DNA of 64,000 nucleotides from an uncultured virus (IMG/VR IMGVR_UViG_3300032295_003347) (IMGVR_UViG_3300032295_003347), one strand, 5' to 3'; positions 40,052 through 49,609 are shown, counted from the stretch's first letter. The notes: generated by a model from the letters alone, not told the origin. Numbers and translations are program-made.

Positions 40052-40279
40052 ATGTTGAAATTTGAATCATCTGCAGAGGATTTGTTTTGGCAAGAAAAGA
40101 TGTTCAGAACAATAAATGAATGTACATCACTTAGTGAGTTAAAAGAAATTGCCGTGTTGCTAACAAAGATTGCAACAACACGGCAGATAGCTATCAAAGG
40201 TTTAGTTAATGATGCCCTTGATTTAATGCAGGAGAATTACTCAAGCAAGATCAAGGACACCACTGATTCCATCAGCTAA
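40052..40279 (+). CDS. Second NblA-like protein
   Basis: S.EDLF..EKM.RTINEC.SL.ELKEIA.LL two-helix pattern; lone plus-strand gene with TAGAAT upstream. Confidence 0.5.
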   Translation: MLKFESSAEDLFWQEKMFRTINECTSLSELKEIAVLLTKIATTRQIAIKGLVNDALDLMQENYSSKIKDTTDSIS

Positions 40280-41291
40280 GGCTGCTGTCCTCACCAGTGA
40301 TTTCATCACGAGCAGGCAGAGCCTTCACCTCTACTGCATCCATGGTACGAGACACAGGAAGAATCTCGACACCATCTTTGATGCCATAGGCACCACCAAG
40401 CTTCTGTGCATCCTGCTTAGCATGGATGTTGATGTAATCATTGAACAGCTCTTGGTACTTCCAAGTAGATTCACGATCTTCATCAGGAATCGACAGGCGA
40501 TTCAATGATTCGACTGCTTCTTCTTGGGTGCTGTAACCAGGAATGTCAAAAGATTCAATTGCGCAGATCTCAACGTTGTTGGCTCCGCGCATCTCATTGG
40601 CAAGTACCGGAGTAAATACGGTAGTTGCATAGAACTTTTCATTGAAGCTCAGGGGTACTTCAGCATCCAGTGCCTTGCTCAGGCACTTAGACATTTCCTT
40701 TTCATACAGCTTGACTTTCTCAGAAACATCAGTACCATTCAATCCCTTCAGGGTCAGAACCATCGGGATCTTATGGGCACGCTTGTTGTCCTGGGTCAGG
40801 ATGTAAACCAGGTACTTTGTACGTACGCTGTACTTACGCTTGTAGAGATTGCCTTTGCTACCTTCCAGGTCAGCAGCAACCTTATCAGCTTCCCACAGTT
40901 CCTTGACATCAGGGTTGTCAAAGGTACCAATCGTCTGCCTCATCCCCGTGGTTTCCTCAACCATAAGGGGAGAACGAAGAAGGATTTGAATTCGAGGCTC
41001 AACAAAATTGAGTCCTTCTTCCACTGAAGTGTTGGGAGCCATGCCGAAAGTTTGCTTGTAGTTCCAGATAACTGAACCTTTAGCAAACTGATCTTCAGTG
41101 GCACTCCATCCGCAAGTGTCCAGGTCTGAGTTCCGCACGAACCAACCTCGAGTCTTGGACTTGTTGAGGGGCTGGATAGTGACGAGGTTCTGGTACCCCG
41201 AAACAAATTCTTTGGATTGAAAAAGTTTGAAGGAATCGAGTCCACGTGTTGCAAGCGCAGAAGTTTTCTTGGTAGTCATGGAAGCAGTCAT
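40272..41291 (-). CDS. Conserved cyanobacterial-type hypothetical protein in the recombination/replication module
   Basis: 339 aa; PRI.IL.RSPL, H.IP.VL.LKG..G. Confidence 0.7.
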   Translation of the reverse strand: MTASMTTKKTSALATRGLDSFKLFQSKEFVSGYQNLVTIQPLNKSKTRGWFVRNSDLDTCGWSATEDQFAKGSVIWNYKQTFGMAPNTSVEEGLNFVEPRIQILLRSPLMVEETTGMRQTIGTFDNPDVKELWEADKVAADLEGSKGNLYKRKYSVRTKYLVYILTQDNKRAHKIPMVLTLKGLNGTDVSEKVKLYEKEMSKCLSKALDAEVPLSFNEKFYATTVFTPVLANEMRGANNVEICAIESFDIPGYSTQEEAVESLNRLSIPDEDRESTWKYQELFNDYINIHAKQDAQKLGGAYGIKDGVEILPVSRTMDAVEVKALPARDEITGEDSSLS

Positions 41292-41313
41292 GGTTTGTTC
41301 AGGGTTTGGACGT

Positions 41314-41340
41314 GGACGCTTTTAACGCCATCCCGAGGCG
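41314..41340 (-). promoter_or_regulatory. Family B element, copy 2
   Basis: CGCC-TCGGGAT-GGCG-TTAAAA-GCGTCC. Confidence 0.55.
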
Positions 41341-41345
41341 GTGAC

Positions 41346-41585
41346 CTATACTAGGTCATTGCTGGCATCCTTGTCATAAAGCGCAGCCGCCTTTGACAAA
41401 GCTTCACGTTCATCCAGAGATTCCTGGAGCGCAGCGTAAACACTGTCTTCCTTGTACCCACAGCCCTTCATGAACATGATGAAGTGCTCAAGGATTTCAT
41501 CAGTAGTAACACCAGCGCTTTGGAATACGACGGTGTACTCTTCTTCCTCAAGGGTGAACTTCATGCGTTGATCAGTTTTCGACAT
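41346..41585 (-). CDS. Hypothetical protein
   Basis: EILEHF..FMKGCGY. Confidence 0.6.
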   Translation of the reverse strand: MSKTDQRMKFTLEEEEYTVVFQSAGVTTDEILEHFIMFMKGCGYKEDSVYAALQESLDEREALSKAAALYDKDASNDLV

Positions 41586-41796
41586 TGGTTTTTTCGATGT
41601 GTTGTTCACGGGCTTGAGAAAACATTGCTCCAATCATGTAAGAAGCAGTAGCAAGTTTTGCTACTGAATCAGCAAGTTCATCCTTCTCAAGATTTTCATT
41701 GCCAAACAAAATGGCTACGTGTTCCATAAAGAACTCATAGGCAACTGCATCTTCTAAACAGAAGTCTTCGTCAACGCCAGTAATTTGAAAAGACAT
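41572..41796 (-). CDS. Hypothetical protein
   Basis: 74-aa ORF. Confidence 0.6.
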   Translation of the reverse strand: MSFQITGVDEDFCLEDAVAYEFFMEHVAILFGNENLEKDELADSVAKLATASYMIGAMFSQAREQHIEKTNVEN

Positions 41797-41801
41797 GGTA
41801 A

Positions 41802-42611
41802 TCAGAAAGGAACTTCTTCAAGGTCAGGTGCGGAACCATACTGACCGGGGAGATCAGGCAGCCCACCACCAGAGCTTTGTGTCCAGGGGTCAGAGCCTTC
41901 CTCAGCGGTACGGCCACCCCACAGACTAGTGACATTCTCGCTGGAGGCAACGGTTGTCTGCGGTGCAATCGGCTTCACTTCCCCTTGGCCCTTAGGTGCC
42001 AGGGTCATGGACACCAGTTGGATCTTGGTGTTAGAGCGCTTCTCACCTGTGTTGGCATCCTTCCACGCATCAGTGATCAAACGACCCTGGATCGTAAGAC
42101 CAGTTCCTTTACGTGTGAAGTTAACCAGTAGTTCAGCATTGTTCAACTTATCTTCTGCCGAGTTCATGGCAAAGAAGTTAAACAGATCCGCTTGATTTCT
42201 TCCTGTGTTAACAGAAAGAGTTTGGTTGCAGATCATCAAGCCATCGGCAGTTGTCTTGAAGGCTCGTGCATCTTCTTGATCAATGTCCTTGACGCAGCGA
42301 CCGCTGAGGATAACTGTGTTGAAGATTGGGAACTGATCGTTAGCCGGAGCAATAATTCCTCCATGCAACGAAAACGTTCTGGACTCAAGTTCGAAACGTA
42401 GCTTGGCGCCGTGAATGTAGATCTGTCCACCTTTGGGTACTCGGGAAAAACGCTCGGCATTCTTACCGTACACATTGAGTTCAATTGGCGTTGGAGCTTT
42501 CTTGCCTACGGGAGGCAATATTACCATGCAACGCATGGCTGTAGAACTTGCGCTGATAAATACCTCACGCGGTACTTCAGTGGTCTGAGCGCAAACAGAA
42601 ACAAAGTTCAT
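41802..42611 (-). CDS. ssb: Single-stranded DNA-binding protein with tandem OB folds
   Basis: NTVILSGR, RKGTGLTIQGRL....W.D..TGEKRS; acidic EEVPF tail; second OB-like unit at N-terminus. Confidence 0.8.
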   Translation of the reverse strand: MNFVSVCAQTTEVPREVFISASSTAMRCMVILPPVGKKAPTPIELNVYGKNAERFSRVPKGGQIYIHGAKLRFELESRTFSLHGGIIAPANDQFPIFNTVILSGRCVKDIDQEDARAFKTTADGLMICNQTLSVNTGRNQADLFNFFAMNSAEDKLNNAELLVNFTRKGTGLTIQGRLITDAWKDANTGEKRSNTKIQLVSMTLAPKGQGEVKPIAPQTTVASSENVTSLWGGRTAEEGSDPWTQSSGGGLPDLPGQYGSAPDLEEVPF

Positions 42612-42633
42612 GTGTTCGAGAAGTTAGTTGTTA

Positions 42634-42660
42634 AGGCAGTTTAACGTCTTACCTGGGACG
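42634..42660 (-). promoter_or_regulatory. Family B element, copy 3
   Basis: CGTC-CCAGGTAA-GACG-TTAAAC-TGCCT. Confidence 0.7.
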
Positions 42661-42666
42661 AGCAAA

Positions 42667-44532
42667 CTAGTGGGTGTCTGCCCAAGTGCAGCCCACCTTA
42701 GCATCCCCTTCAATAGGACAGCGGAACCCAAAGAATTGTTGCGCTTGCGGGAACGCAGCCAATGCCTGCTCCTTGATCAGCTCAGTGTGTTGTGGATTAC
42801 ATGCCACCTGAAGCTCATCGTGGACAAACAGGAGCTGCTCCCAATCCTTGCCATGCACCAAGCCAAGGTTCTGTTCAATGTTGTTATGTGTGTTGATAAC
42901 AACTTGCTTCATGATTGCTGCACCACTTGCTTGCAACAAAACATTCAATCCTTTAAAAGCGGAACGACAATGTAACGTCCGACGATCAAGGCCGATAAGA
43001 TAACCGCGTAAGCCAATGGTTTCATCAATAATTTGTTTGAGTTTACGGAGTGCAGGCACTCCGTCCATGAATGAATTAATTGCAGTAGCTCCTAGTTTCC
43101 TAAGAACTACTTCATTTTTTTCATTCGGATCAATAATGGTACCCGCCTTCAAAGCACCAGCACCATACAAGACCCCATAAAGCAAACGCTTTGCAATGTC
43201 CCTGGTCTCTACACCAAACATCTTTTGGTTATAGATGTGGATGTCAACTTCAGGGTTTGTAACCATTGCTGAGTATTCGCCATCATCCCAGATGGCTAGA
43301 TACCCGGCAAGACACCTAAGCTCCAAAGCTTTAGCATCGATCCCAATAAGATCCCAACCATCAGGAGCATGGAACAACGAACGACATTCATGACCGTAAG
43401 GTGAATAACCTGCTGGCACTTGAGCCATGTTGGGATTACGGTGACTTGCTCGGCCCGTAATACATCCATTGGTAATGAGATCACCGTGCATACGGCCATC
43501 ATCATTATTGACAAGCTTTAGCCAAGCATTGTTGCCATCAGCAATCTGACCAAGACGTTTCTTGACTAACATATATTCAGCCAATGGCTTGGCTTCCGGG
43601 TACGGCAAGGCATCGAGTACATCATCATCAAGAACTGGATTACCTTTCTCAGTATTCTTCTCTGGTACCCAACCGTACTTTTGTTGTAGACGATCAACAA
43701 TTTGCGTACGAGATCCAGGATTGAATTCTTGATACGTGACTTTAGTAAACGGCTGGCCTTTGACATAACCACGTTTCGAGTTGTTTACCTTTGGAACAAA
43801 GATTGATTCAATCTTGTTAGGTGGAAAGATCTCTTTTAGGTGTGCCTCAAGTTCTGCTTCCTTTGCTCTGAGACTATCCACCAGATCAAGACATGCATCC
43901 ACATCAAAAGGAATACCTGCTCTAATTTGTTTTTCAATTGCCAGGGCAAGGTCATGCTCAAGCTTGAGCGCAGGCTGCGGGTAGTTTTCTTTTGTGATGT
44001 GCTGCCAAAGCTTTTTAGTAACAGCAACGTCCTGCTGACAGTATGCCAACATTTCTTCACTGTATTCACTGAAGTCTTTGAAGTCGATCTTGTGATCGGC
44101 CAACCTCCATCCCCATGCCTTGAGAGATGCAGAACCCTTGAGTCCCTTTGGAACCTGCGTATATTGTTCATCGTCAAGGGTGTAGAGGATTTCCTTGGGC
44201 CAGATGAGTCTGGTGCAGATGAGTGTGTCAATGATTCTTCCGTTGAGTTGAACAGATGGATGCAGTTTGTTTAGGACTGGAATGTCATAAAACAAAATGT
44301 TGTGGCCAATCAAAACATCAGCGGTTGCCAAATGAGCAAGAGCATCAGCAATGCAATCAGGCCCATAACTAAAAGTTTGTTGGAGTCCAATGTCATGTAC
44401 AACAATGCAATGGATTACCGTCACATTATCGTAGAGACCATCGGACTCCAGGTCAAAGATTAACCAACGTTCACCGTTGGAACCTGGCAACATCTTGAAT
44501 TGAGAGTTCTTCACCGTTGATGCTGTCGTCAT
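42667..44532 (-). CDS. polA: Family A DNA polymerase (T7-like, 3'-5' exo + pol)
   Basis: FDLESDG, GHNILFYD, YCQQDV, TGR, DAKALELR, AKRLLYGVLYGAG, VHDE. Confidence 0.95.
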   Translation of the reverse strand: MTTASTVKNSQFKMLPGSNGERWLIFDLESDGLYDNVTVIHCIVVHDIGLQQTFSYGPDCIADALAHLATADVLIGHNILFYDIPVLNKLHPSVQLNGRIIDTLICTRLIWPKEILYTLDDEQYTQVPKGLKGSASLKAWGWRLADHKIDFKDFSEYSEEMLAYCQQDVAVTKKLWQHITKENYPQPALKLEHDLALAIEKQIRAGIPFDVDACLDLVDSLRAKEAELEAHLKEIFPPNKIESIFVPKVNNSKRGYVKGQPFTKVTYQEFNPGSRTQIVDRLQQKYGWVPEKNTEKGNPVLDDDVLDALPYPEAKPLAEYMLVKKRLGQIADGNNAWLKLVNNDDGRMHGDLITNGCITGRASHRNPNMAQVPAGYSPYGHECRSLFHAPDGWDLIGIDAKALELRCLAGYLAIWDDGEYSAMVTNPEVDIHIYNQKMFGVETRDIAKRLLYGVLYGAGALKAGTIIDPNEKNEVVLRKLGATAINSFMDGVPALRKLKQIIDETIGLRGYLIGLDRRTLHCRSAFKGLNVLLQASGAAIMKQVVINTHNNIEQNLGLVHGKDWEQLLFVHDELQVACNPQHTELIKEQALAAFPQAQQFFGFRCPIEGDAKVGCTWADTH

Positions 44533-44704
44533 TCTCTTTGATCCAGCTCAAGATTTTCTGTGCACCCGAGCGGTACGGATGACTGAAGACCTTGGATAAT
44601 GCAGAGTCTGAGTCTAGCGGAATCAGTTCAAATTTATTAGAAGAACTGGAGGCAGTGACGCCGTAAGGTTCATTCCACCTCCAGCAAGCAAGCATGTAAG
44701 ACAT
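44471..44704 (-). CDS. Hypothetical protein
   Basis: 77-aa ORF overlapping the polA start region. Confidence 0.5.
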   Translation of the reverse strand: MSYMLACWRWNEPYGVTASSSSNKFELIPLDSDSALSKVFSHPYRSGAQKILSWIKENDDSINGEELSIQDVARFQR

Positions 44705-44739
44705 CTGTCAATCAAGAAGACTGACAGATGTTACCTCAT

Positions 44740-45528
44740 CTATTTAGCAACGCAAGGTTCTACAGATTCTTTTTGGAATGTCTTTCCATACCCAACGAAG
44801 CCACCATCTTTCTTGCGTTGTGTCAGGGCTTTCATCGCATCAGACCCAGCTCGCTGGCTGCCATGCACCAGGAGTGCAAACGGTTTGTCACCAAGGCAAT
44901 GGCTGTCGTCATGATCAATTTCGAGTCCGCGTGCAGCCGCTTCCTCTTCTGTGTACACAACGTAGGCCACTCGCTGGAACACATCGGGATACTTGGGGAT
45001 CAAGTAATCGAGTGTCCCACCGCAAGATGCGGTGAGATAAAAGTTGGATGGGATCTGATCACGCAAGTTGTACCACATACCAAGAGACTTGGTAAATGCA
45101 TAGAACGTTTGCTTGGGTCGCTGTGCAGCAACCATCAGCCAAGCTCGCATGTAGTTCTCAGTCCAGAAGTCACCAGACTCATGGACCCGCACCAGTTCCT
45201 TTGGTGCTTGCATGCTGAGTGACAAGTCGATCAGGTCACGCAGCAACATAGCCTGGTTCCCATTGCAATGCATGGTCTCGCGGATAAGATCCCAGTTGTG
45301 CCAGCGTGCTGCACGAACGGTAGGCCGTACCTCTGCCATTGCTGCAAAGCAACGGAACTCATCTGCTTCTGTGCCTGTGTATTGGGGCAGGTCAGTAATG
45401 AGTCCGGTGACCCGGTCAGCAAATGTCTTGCACACACCAGCGTGTGGACATGAGTGACCTGCAGGCAGCGAGAAGATCAGACGGTTCTTGAGCTTGCCGT
45501 TGCCGTTGGAAAATTTGAGGAGTTGCAT
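44740..45528 (-). CDS. GP88-like protein
   Basis: GNGKL, FSLPAGHSCP.AG.C, CFAA, RVHESGDF, YAFTKS. Confidence 0.7.
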   Translation of the reverse strand: MQLLKFSNGNGKLKNRLIFSLPAGHSCPHAGVCKTFADRVTGLITDLPQYTGTEADEFRCFAAMAEVRPTVRAARWHNWDLIRETMHCNGNQAMLLRDLIDLSLSMQAPKELVRVHESGDFWTENYMRAWLMVAAQRPKQTFYAFTKSLGMWYNLRDQIPSNFYLTASCGGTLDYLIPKYPDVFQRVAYVVYTEEEAAARGLEIDHDDSHCLGDKPFALLVHGSQRAGSDAMKALTQRKKDGGFVGYGKTFQKESVEPCVAK

Positions 45529-45561
45529 TGGTGTTGAATGTGATTGATCAGTTTTTTTAAT

Positions 45562-45588
45562 GAATGAGTTTAGGGACATCTCAGGTCC
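45562..45588 (-). promoter_or_regulatory. Family B element, copy 4
   Basis: GGAC-CTGAGAT-GTCC-CTAAAC-TCATTC. Confidence 0.55.
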
Positions 45589-45630
45589 ATTGAATCTTAC
45601 CAGACCCTCTGCGGCGCAAAGGTTTTGGTG

Positions 45631-45876
45631 CTACGATTCGTTCGTAGTTTTTTCGGAGTCACTAGGCATTCCGTCGCCGGTGGACGGCGGGTAGGTCAGT
45701 ACGCGAGAGTGCTCACCATCCACCACCTCAATTACACCAGACATCAAATCATCTGGTACAAAGTTCAAGGCATTGCGGATGTAGAGCATTGAGTCTGTGT
45801 ACTCACGTCCATCCAAACCACCAAGAACAAGAGCTTCCCAATGCTGGATAGCCAAATCTTTAATTGAGTATTCCAT
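45631..45876 (-). CDS. Hypothetical protein
   Basis: 81-aa ORF. Confidence 0.55.
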   Translation of the reverse strand: MEYSIKDLAIQHWEALVLGGLDGREYTDSMLYIRNALNFVPDDLMSGVIEVVDGEHSRVLTYPPSTGDGMPSDSEKTTNES

Positions 45877-46105
45877 AGTTAATATAGATAAGGGGTAAAG
45901 AAGAGCAGCGTCAGCCCCGAGGGAATCAGGATTTCTGCTGCTTCTCCTGGTTTTAAAGCGAATGACCTTGCGGCTTGATCACCGTGAGGTCACACCCTCT
46001 ATTGGTTGGTAAGGTGGCATTAAGTTCCCATCTACATCAATAATCCCGGCATTGATAAGAAACTGCCTAGCTTTCTCTGGTTCCTTGTAGTCTTCAATTA
46101 GCTTT

Positions 46106-46747
46106 TCAATCTGCTGAGAACACAGCCTCTCCGATGATGGGGAACTGTTCACAGAAGACGTCTTTGATTTGTTCTGCAATTTGTCGGTGTTCAAGTTGGG
46201 TTCCTGCATCACAGCGAAGTTGTAGGTAATGGATCCAAGAACGGAGCGTACCGTTCATATACATTCTGGTTTGTGTTGCAATAGGTAGCACTGAACGTGC
46301 ACATTCCTTAGCAACACCTGCACTAATCATCTCCCTGTATAGATGCTCAGCATCCTCAAAGAGATGACCAATGCGACGGTAGTAACCAGCAATCACATCA
46401 GATGACAGATCATCGATACTGTTCTGACGGTTCTTAGTGTCTTGCCTACGCAGGTGAGGAATGACTGATGAGCCAAGCTCACCTACATCTGCGTAACGCT
46501 GGCTAAATTCCTGGAACGAGAACGAACGATGCCGAAGAATCTGCGCTGAGATGCCACGAGTTGTTTCGATTTCAACACAAAGATTAGCCATCTCGTACGG
46601 CGACCAATGCTTGTGCTTGATCAGATATTTCAACAGCCGTGGTGCTGTATCCATATTATCTTGATTGGCAGGTGCACTAACGCGTGCCATCTTTGTAATC
46701 AATGATTCAGCATCAGGTGTGGCCCAGATTAGTTTGACATTAGACAT
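46106..46747 (-). CDS. thyX: FAD-dependent thymidylate synthase
   Basis: HWSPYE, QILRHRSFSFQEFSQRY, ECARSVLP, TQLEH. Confidence 0.95.
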   Translation of the reverse strand: MSNVKLIWATPDAESLITKMARVSAPANQDNMDTAPRLLKYLIKHKHWSPYEMANLCVEIETTRGISAQILRHRSFSFQEFSQRYADVGELGSSVIPHLRRQDTKNRQNSIDDLSSDVIAGYYRRIGHLFEDAEHLYREMISAGVAKECARSVLPIATQTRMYMNGTLRSWIHYLQLRCDAGTQLEHRQIAEQIKDVFCEQFPIIGEAVFSAD

Positions 46748-47030
46748 TGGATTCCTCATCCACCATTGGTAGTTCATTGATCAAAGCATAGTCACCAATG
46801 ATTGCAAGCGCTGCTTTGTTATAAGCACGTGCTGCATCAATCTCATGTTCATAAGTACCAAGGTAATAACGCTTACCTTTGAAAGTCAACATGGCACGAT
46901 ACATACCTTTGTTGCCTTTGCTAACGCCACGATATTGGCTGAATGCATTGGCTGGTCGTGGTCTTGATGCTTGGGACAGATAGAAGTCTTTATCAGACAT
47001 CTTCCTGGTAAGGTAACTGACTTTAGACAT
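46740..47030 (-). CDS. Stand-alone AP2 DNA-binding domain protein
   Basis: SQYRGV...YRA....GKRYYLGTY..E.DAARAYN.AA....G.YA.IN. Confidence 0.8.
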   Translation of the reverse strand: MSKVSYLTRKMSDKDFYLSQASRPRPANAFSQYRGVSKGNKGMYRAMLTFKGKRYYLGTYEHEIDAARAYNKAALAIIGDYALINELPMVDEESNV

Positions 47031-47223
47031 TACTGTTCTCCAATTCGGCAGCGATGTGCATTAGGTCAGAGCGCACAGTGCTTAATCTTGGATCAACCGT
47101 GGTCGGCACCACTTGATTTGCAGCGGCACGAAGAGCACCGGCGATAGATGGCCCATCCATAAGACTTGGCACAGCGCGAAACCCGTCCAGCACAGCCTGC
47201 GCGGCAGGAGAGAGGTCAGTCAT
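47023..47223 (-). CDS. MTDLS-family small protein
   Basis: MTDLSPAAQAVLD...IAGALRAAA.QVVP...IAAELE. Confidence 0.7.
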   Translation of the reverse strand: MTDLSPAAQAVLDGFRAVPSLMDGPSIAGALRAAANQVVPTTVDPRLSTVRSDLMHIAAELENSNV

Positions 47224-47593
47224 TAGGCAGGGCCTCCAGTGCGCGGCGGATGGTGTTCCATTTTTGGGTTTCGTTTATATCTCCGCCATGGCCGTAACGA
47301 AGAACCCAGTAAGCGTCGTGCGCCTGCTCCTTCAAGCTTGGCTGCTTGGGACGTCGGGCTGCGCGGAGATTATCGCTTCTGCGTTGTACTTCAAGAAGAG
47401 CGGTTGCTGAAAAGTTAGTTGCGCTATTGCAAATAATTTTACAACACGCATCTAGCTCCTGGTCAGCACCCCATTGGGCGGCGCGGTGCATCAGCCATTC
47501 TTCACGGGCAATCCCGCCGTCACGGAAACGTGGGGCTTCCTTTCGCCACTGCTGCACCAGCTCCGGCGGTGGGGTGATGGGGTGGTTAGTCAT
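47216..47593 (-). CDS. HPITPP-family paralogue 2
   Basis: Same conserved blocks as 38478-38804. Confidence 0.75.
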   Translation of the reverse strand: MTNHPITPPPELVQQWRKEAPRFRDGGIAREEWLMHRAAQWGADQELDACCKIICNSATNFSATALLEVQRRSDNLRAARRPKQPSLKEQAHDAYWVLRYGHGGDINETQKWNTIRRALEALPND

Positions 47594-47595
47594 TG

Positions 47596-47898
47596 TCATT
47601 CTCCAAGTAATGCGCAGGTTTGATCCATTAGTTGAGGAAATACTTCAACAGGACAGATGCGACATTGCGCATGTTCCGTTGGTGTCTTGAGATGATCCCA
47701 TTGAACACGCAACACTTTCATGGTGCGCTTACTCTTCAATTGCTTGGTGACCACCTCAACCACAGTACCGTACCGTTGATTGCGATACTTAGCAATGCGA
47801 TCCTTAACCTCTTGTCTGATTGCAATCAGGCCATGGGTCTTGGGTCGTTCAGCAACACGGTCACCAACTTGATAAGTGAATTGAGATTTGGTTGTCAT
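47596..47898 (-). CDS. Hypothetical SH3-like protein
   Basis: YQVGDRV ... YGTVVEV ... VQWD. Confidence 0.6.
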   Translation of the reverse strand: MTTKSQFTYQVGDRVAERPKTHGLIAIRQEVKDRIAKYRNQRYGTVVEVVTKQLKSKRTMKVLRVQWDHLKTPTEHAQCRICPVEVFPQLMDQTCALLGE

Positions 47899-48236
47899 TA
47901 GATGTGAGTCCAGACTTTGCGGTTGACAATACGTGAGACGTGTCCACGGTTGATGCCGTAGATAACAGAGATTGCAAAATTAGTTTTGCCCTCCCGTTTC
48001 AACTTGCGAATGTCCAAGATGTTCTGCTCAGTCAACACAGAGAATCCATTGTTGGATCCTTGTGTGTCCGTAAGCTTACCACCTTTCTTGGGACCACGGC
48101 GGTAATGTTCATAACGCTCAATGGTACGAAACTTAAAGCCGCAGTCAAGACAGCGGCAGTAACGTTTGCTAAATGTTTCGCTGTGATCAGTGCAAGTAAC
48201 ACGCGTGTTCTTGCTGTCACATGATTGACATCTCAT
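47898..48236 (-). CDS. NrdR-like Zn ribbon fused to HTH
   Basis: MRCQSC.SKNTRV...R.CRCLDCGFKFRTIE; LTEQNI..IR...ISVIYGINRGHVSRIVNRK.W.HI. Confidence 0.7.
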   Translation of the reverse strand: MRCQSCDSKNTRVTCTDHSETFSKRYCRCLDCGFKFRTIERYEHYRRGPKKGGKLTDTQGSNNGFSVLTEQNILDIRKLKREGKTNFAISVIYGINRGHVSRIVNRKVWTHI

Positions 48237-48574
48237 TGTGGATCAATAGAGCAAGGTGCGTTGTCTTGTGGTTCAGCAACCTTATCTAATTGCAATGCAT
48301 CAAGAATATACAGAGTGGTTTCATCACCCAGTATCTTGAATGCATCAACAATTAAATCACGGTTGCGTTCAGTTGGGTTGTAGTAATCCAAAAGGATTTC
48401 TTCTGCCCGATCAAAGTTGTCATAGTCTCCAGTAAGACTTTGCACCACTGCACCAGGCATAGCATCAACGATGTTTGCCACCAGTGAGTCACGCACTCCA
48501 GGCCATGTCCAACTTGGGACACGTGAGACTACTTCATCAACGAGATCGAGATCGATGAGATTAGGTTGGTTCAT
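48233..48574 (-). CDS. Hypothetical protein
   Basis: MNQPNL ORF. Confidence 0.6.
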   Translation of the reverse strand: MNQPNLIDLDLVDEVVSRVPSWTWPGVRDSLVANIVDAMPGAVVQSLTGDYDNFDRAEEILLDYYNPTERNRDLIVDAFKILGDETTLYILDALQLDKVAEPQDNAPCSIDPQ

Positions 48575-48575
48575 A

Positions 48576-48603
48576 GAGAAAGACCCCGACTTGCGCCGGG
48601 GTC
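48576..48603 (-). terminator. Intrinsic terminator-like hairpin
   Basis: GACCCCGGC-GCAA-GTCGGGGTC-TTTCT. Confidence 0.6.
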
Positions 48604-48684
48604 CGAACATTCCGCATGAATACTAGACGGCTTCAGCACTGGTGTCTAGTGCATCACCCATCACACCAGAGGATCTTAACTTTT

Positions 48685-49182
48685 CTAAAGATTTCCAGCA
48701 GGAAACCCTAAAGAAATTCTATGCTCCTCAAGAACCTGCTCGGCTTTTTCTTTGGTCTCATACAGACCAAGCTCAGTTCTTTTTCCATTAATAATGATTT
48801 GAGTCCTCCATTTGTTGTTTGGTTTTTGAAAATAAATTGTCCCCTTTGGGTATTTAACATGTGTCCTAAGTAAAAGATTTTCAGACGTACTCAATAAGCG
48901 CAAGTTATGAATTGAATTGTTTGATCTGTTGTAATCTATGTGATCAATTTCTTTATCAATTGGTATATCACCATTGTGTAATATCCATATAAGATTATGC
49001 GCAGCATAACCTTTGTTGTTATAACCAATACGTATATAACCATTTGGACACAAGCATCCAGCTTGTTTGCCATAGCTAACACCAGGCTTAGAGATAAGCC
49101 AATAAAGATGTCCTTTTTCGTAACGCCATGTTTGCTTTATGGTGTCTTGAGAAAGGACATTTGTTCTTTGACTTGCACTCAT
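48685..49182 (-). CDS. HNH homing endonuclease with AP2-like C-terminus
   Basis: AHNLIW.LHNG.IP...IDHID.NRSNN.I.NLR; KWRTQI..NGKR..LG.Y; AT-rich. Confidence 0.85.
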   Translation of the reverse strand: MSASQRTNVLSQDTIKQTWRYEKGHLYWLISKPGVSYGKQAGCLCPNGYIRIGYNNKGYAAHNLIWILHNGDIPIDKEIDHIDYNRSNNSIHNLRLLSTSENLLLRTHVKYPKGTIYFQKPNNKWRTQIIINGKRTELGLYETKEKAEQVLEEHRISLGFPAGNL

Positions 49183-49541
49183 GTTGGTTCTGCTTGTACA
49201 TCAATTGTGGGATCCATCATACCAGCTGCACGTAAACGGTCGAGCATGTCGCACATGATGGTGGCATGAGCATGGGTTTGATCCATGAAATGCCTGGCAC
49301 GCTCTGCGCTGATGGTGTGGACATTGCCATTGGGCTCCACGTATTTCCAGCTCCCATCAGGCTGAGGATCCCCCTGGAGGGCCAGCCTCTCTGAGTTATG
49401 TACGTAGCGAAGCTCTAGGTTATGGAAGTCTTGTAGGCCATCCTGAGCGGTCCAGGTGGCGCCAATGTTGTAGCGCTTGTCATGATCTGAGTACGCATGG
49501 AACTCAGGGACGATGTGCTTGAAGCAACCAAAGATGTTCAT
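49179..49541 (-). CDS. Hypothetical protein
   Basis: 120-aa ORF. Confidence 0.65.
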   Translation of the reverse strand: MNIFGCFKHIVPEFHAYSDHDKRYNIGATWTAQDGLQDFHNLELRYVHNSERLALQGDPQPDGSWKYVEPNGNVHTISAERARHFMDQTHAHATIMCDMLDRLRAAGMMDPTIDVQAEPT

Positions 49542-49572
49542 TGTGTTTGAGTTGAATAAATGGTTGGTACAA

Positions 49573-49600
49573 CTGGGACTTATACCTTTCGGATGCCCAG
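49573..49600 (-). promoter_or_regulatory. Family A internal-loop hairpin, copy 1
   Basis: CTGGGC-ATCC-GAAA-GG-TATAA-GTCCCAG. Confidence 0.55.
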
Positions 49601-49609
49601 TGTAAAGAC

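Noticed and set aside
42667..49182. Group I intron or intein in polA/thyX associated with HNH or AP2 genes
   Set aside because: polA and thyX frames are intact and of normal length; the nucleases are free-standing
49560..49609. Theta (HDV-like) ribozyme after tRNA-Leu
   Set aside because: Could not build the nested double pseudoknot; only the family A hairpin is present
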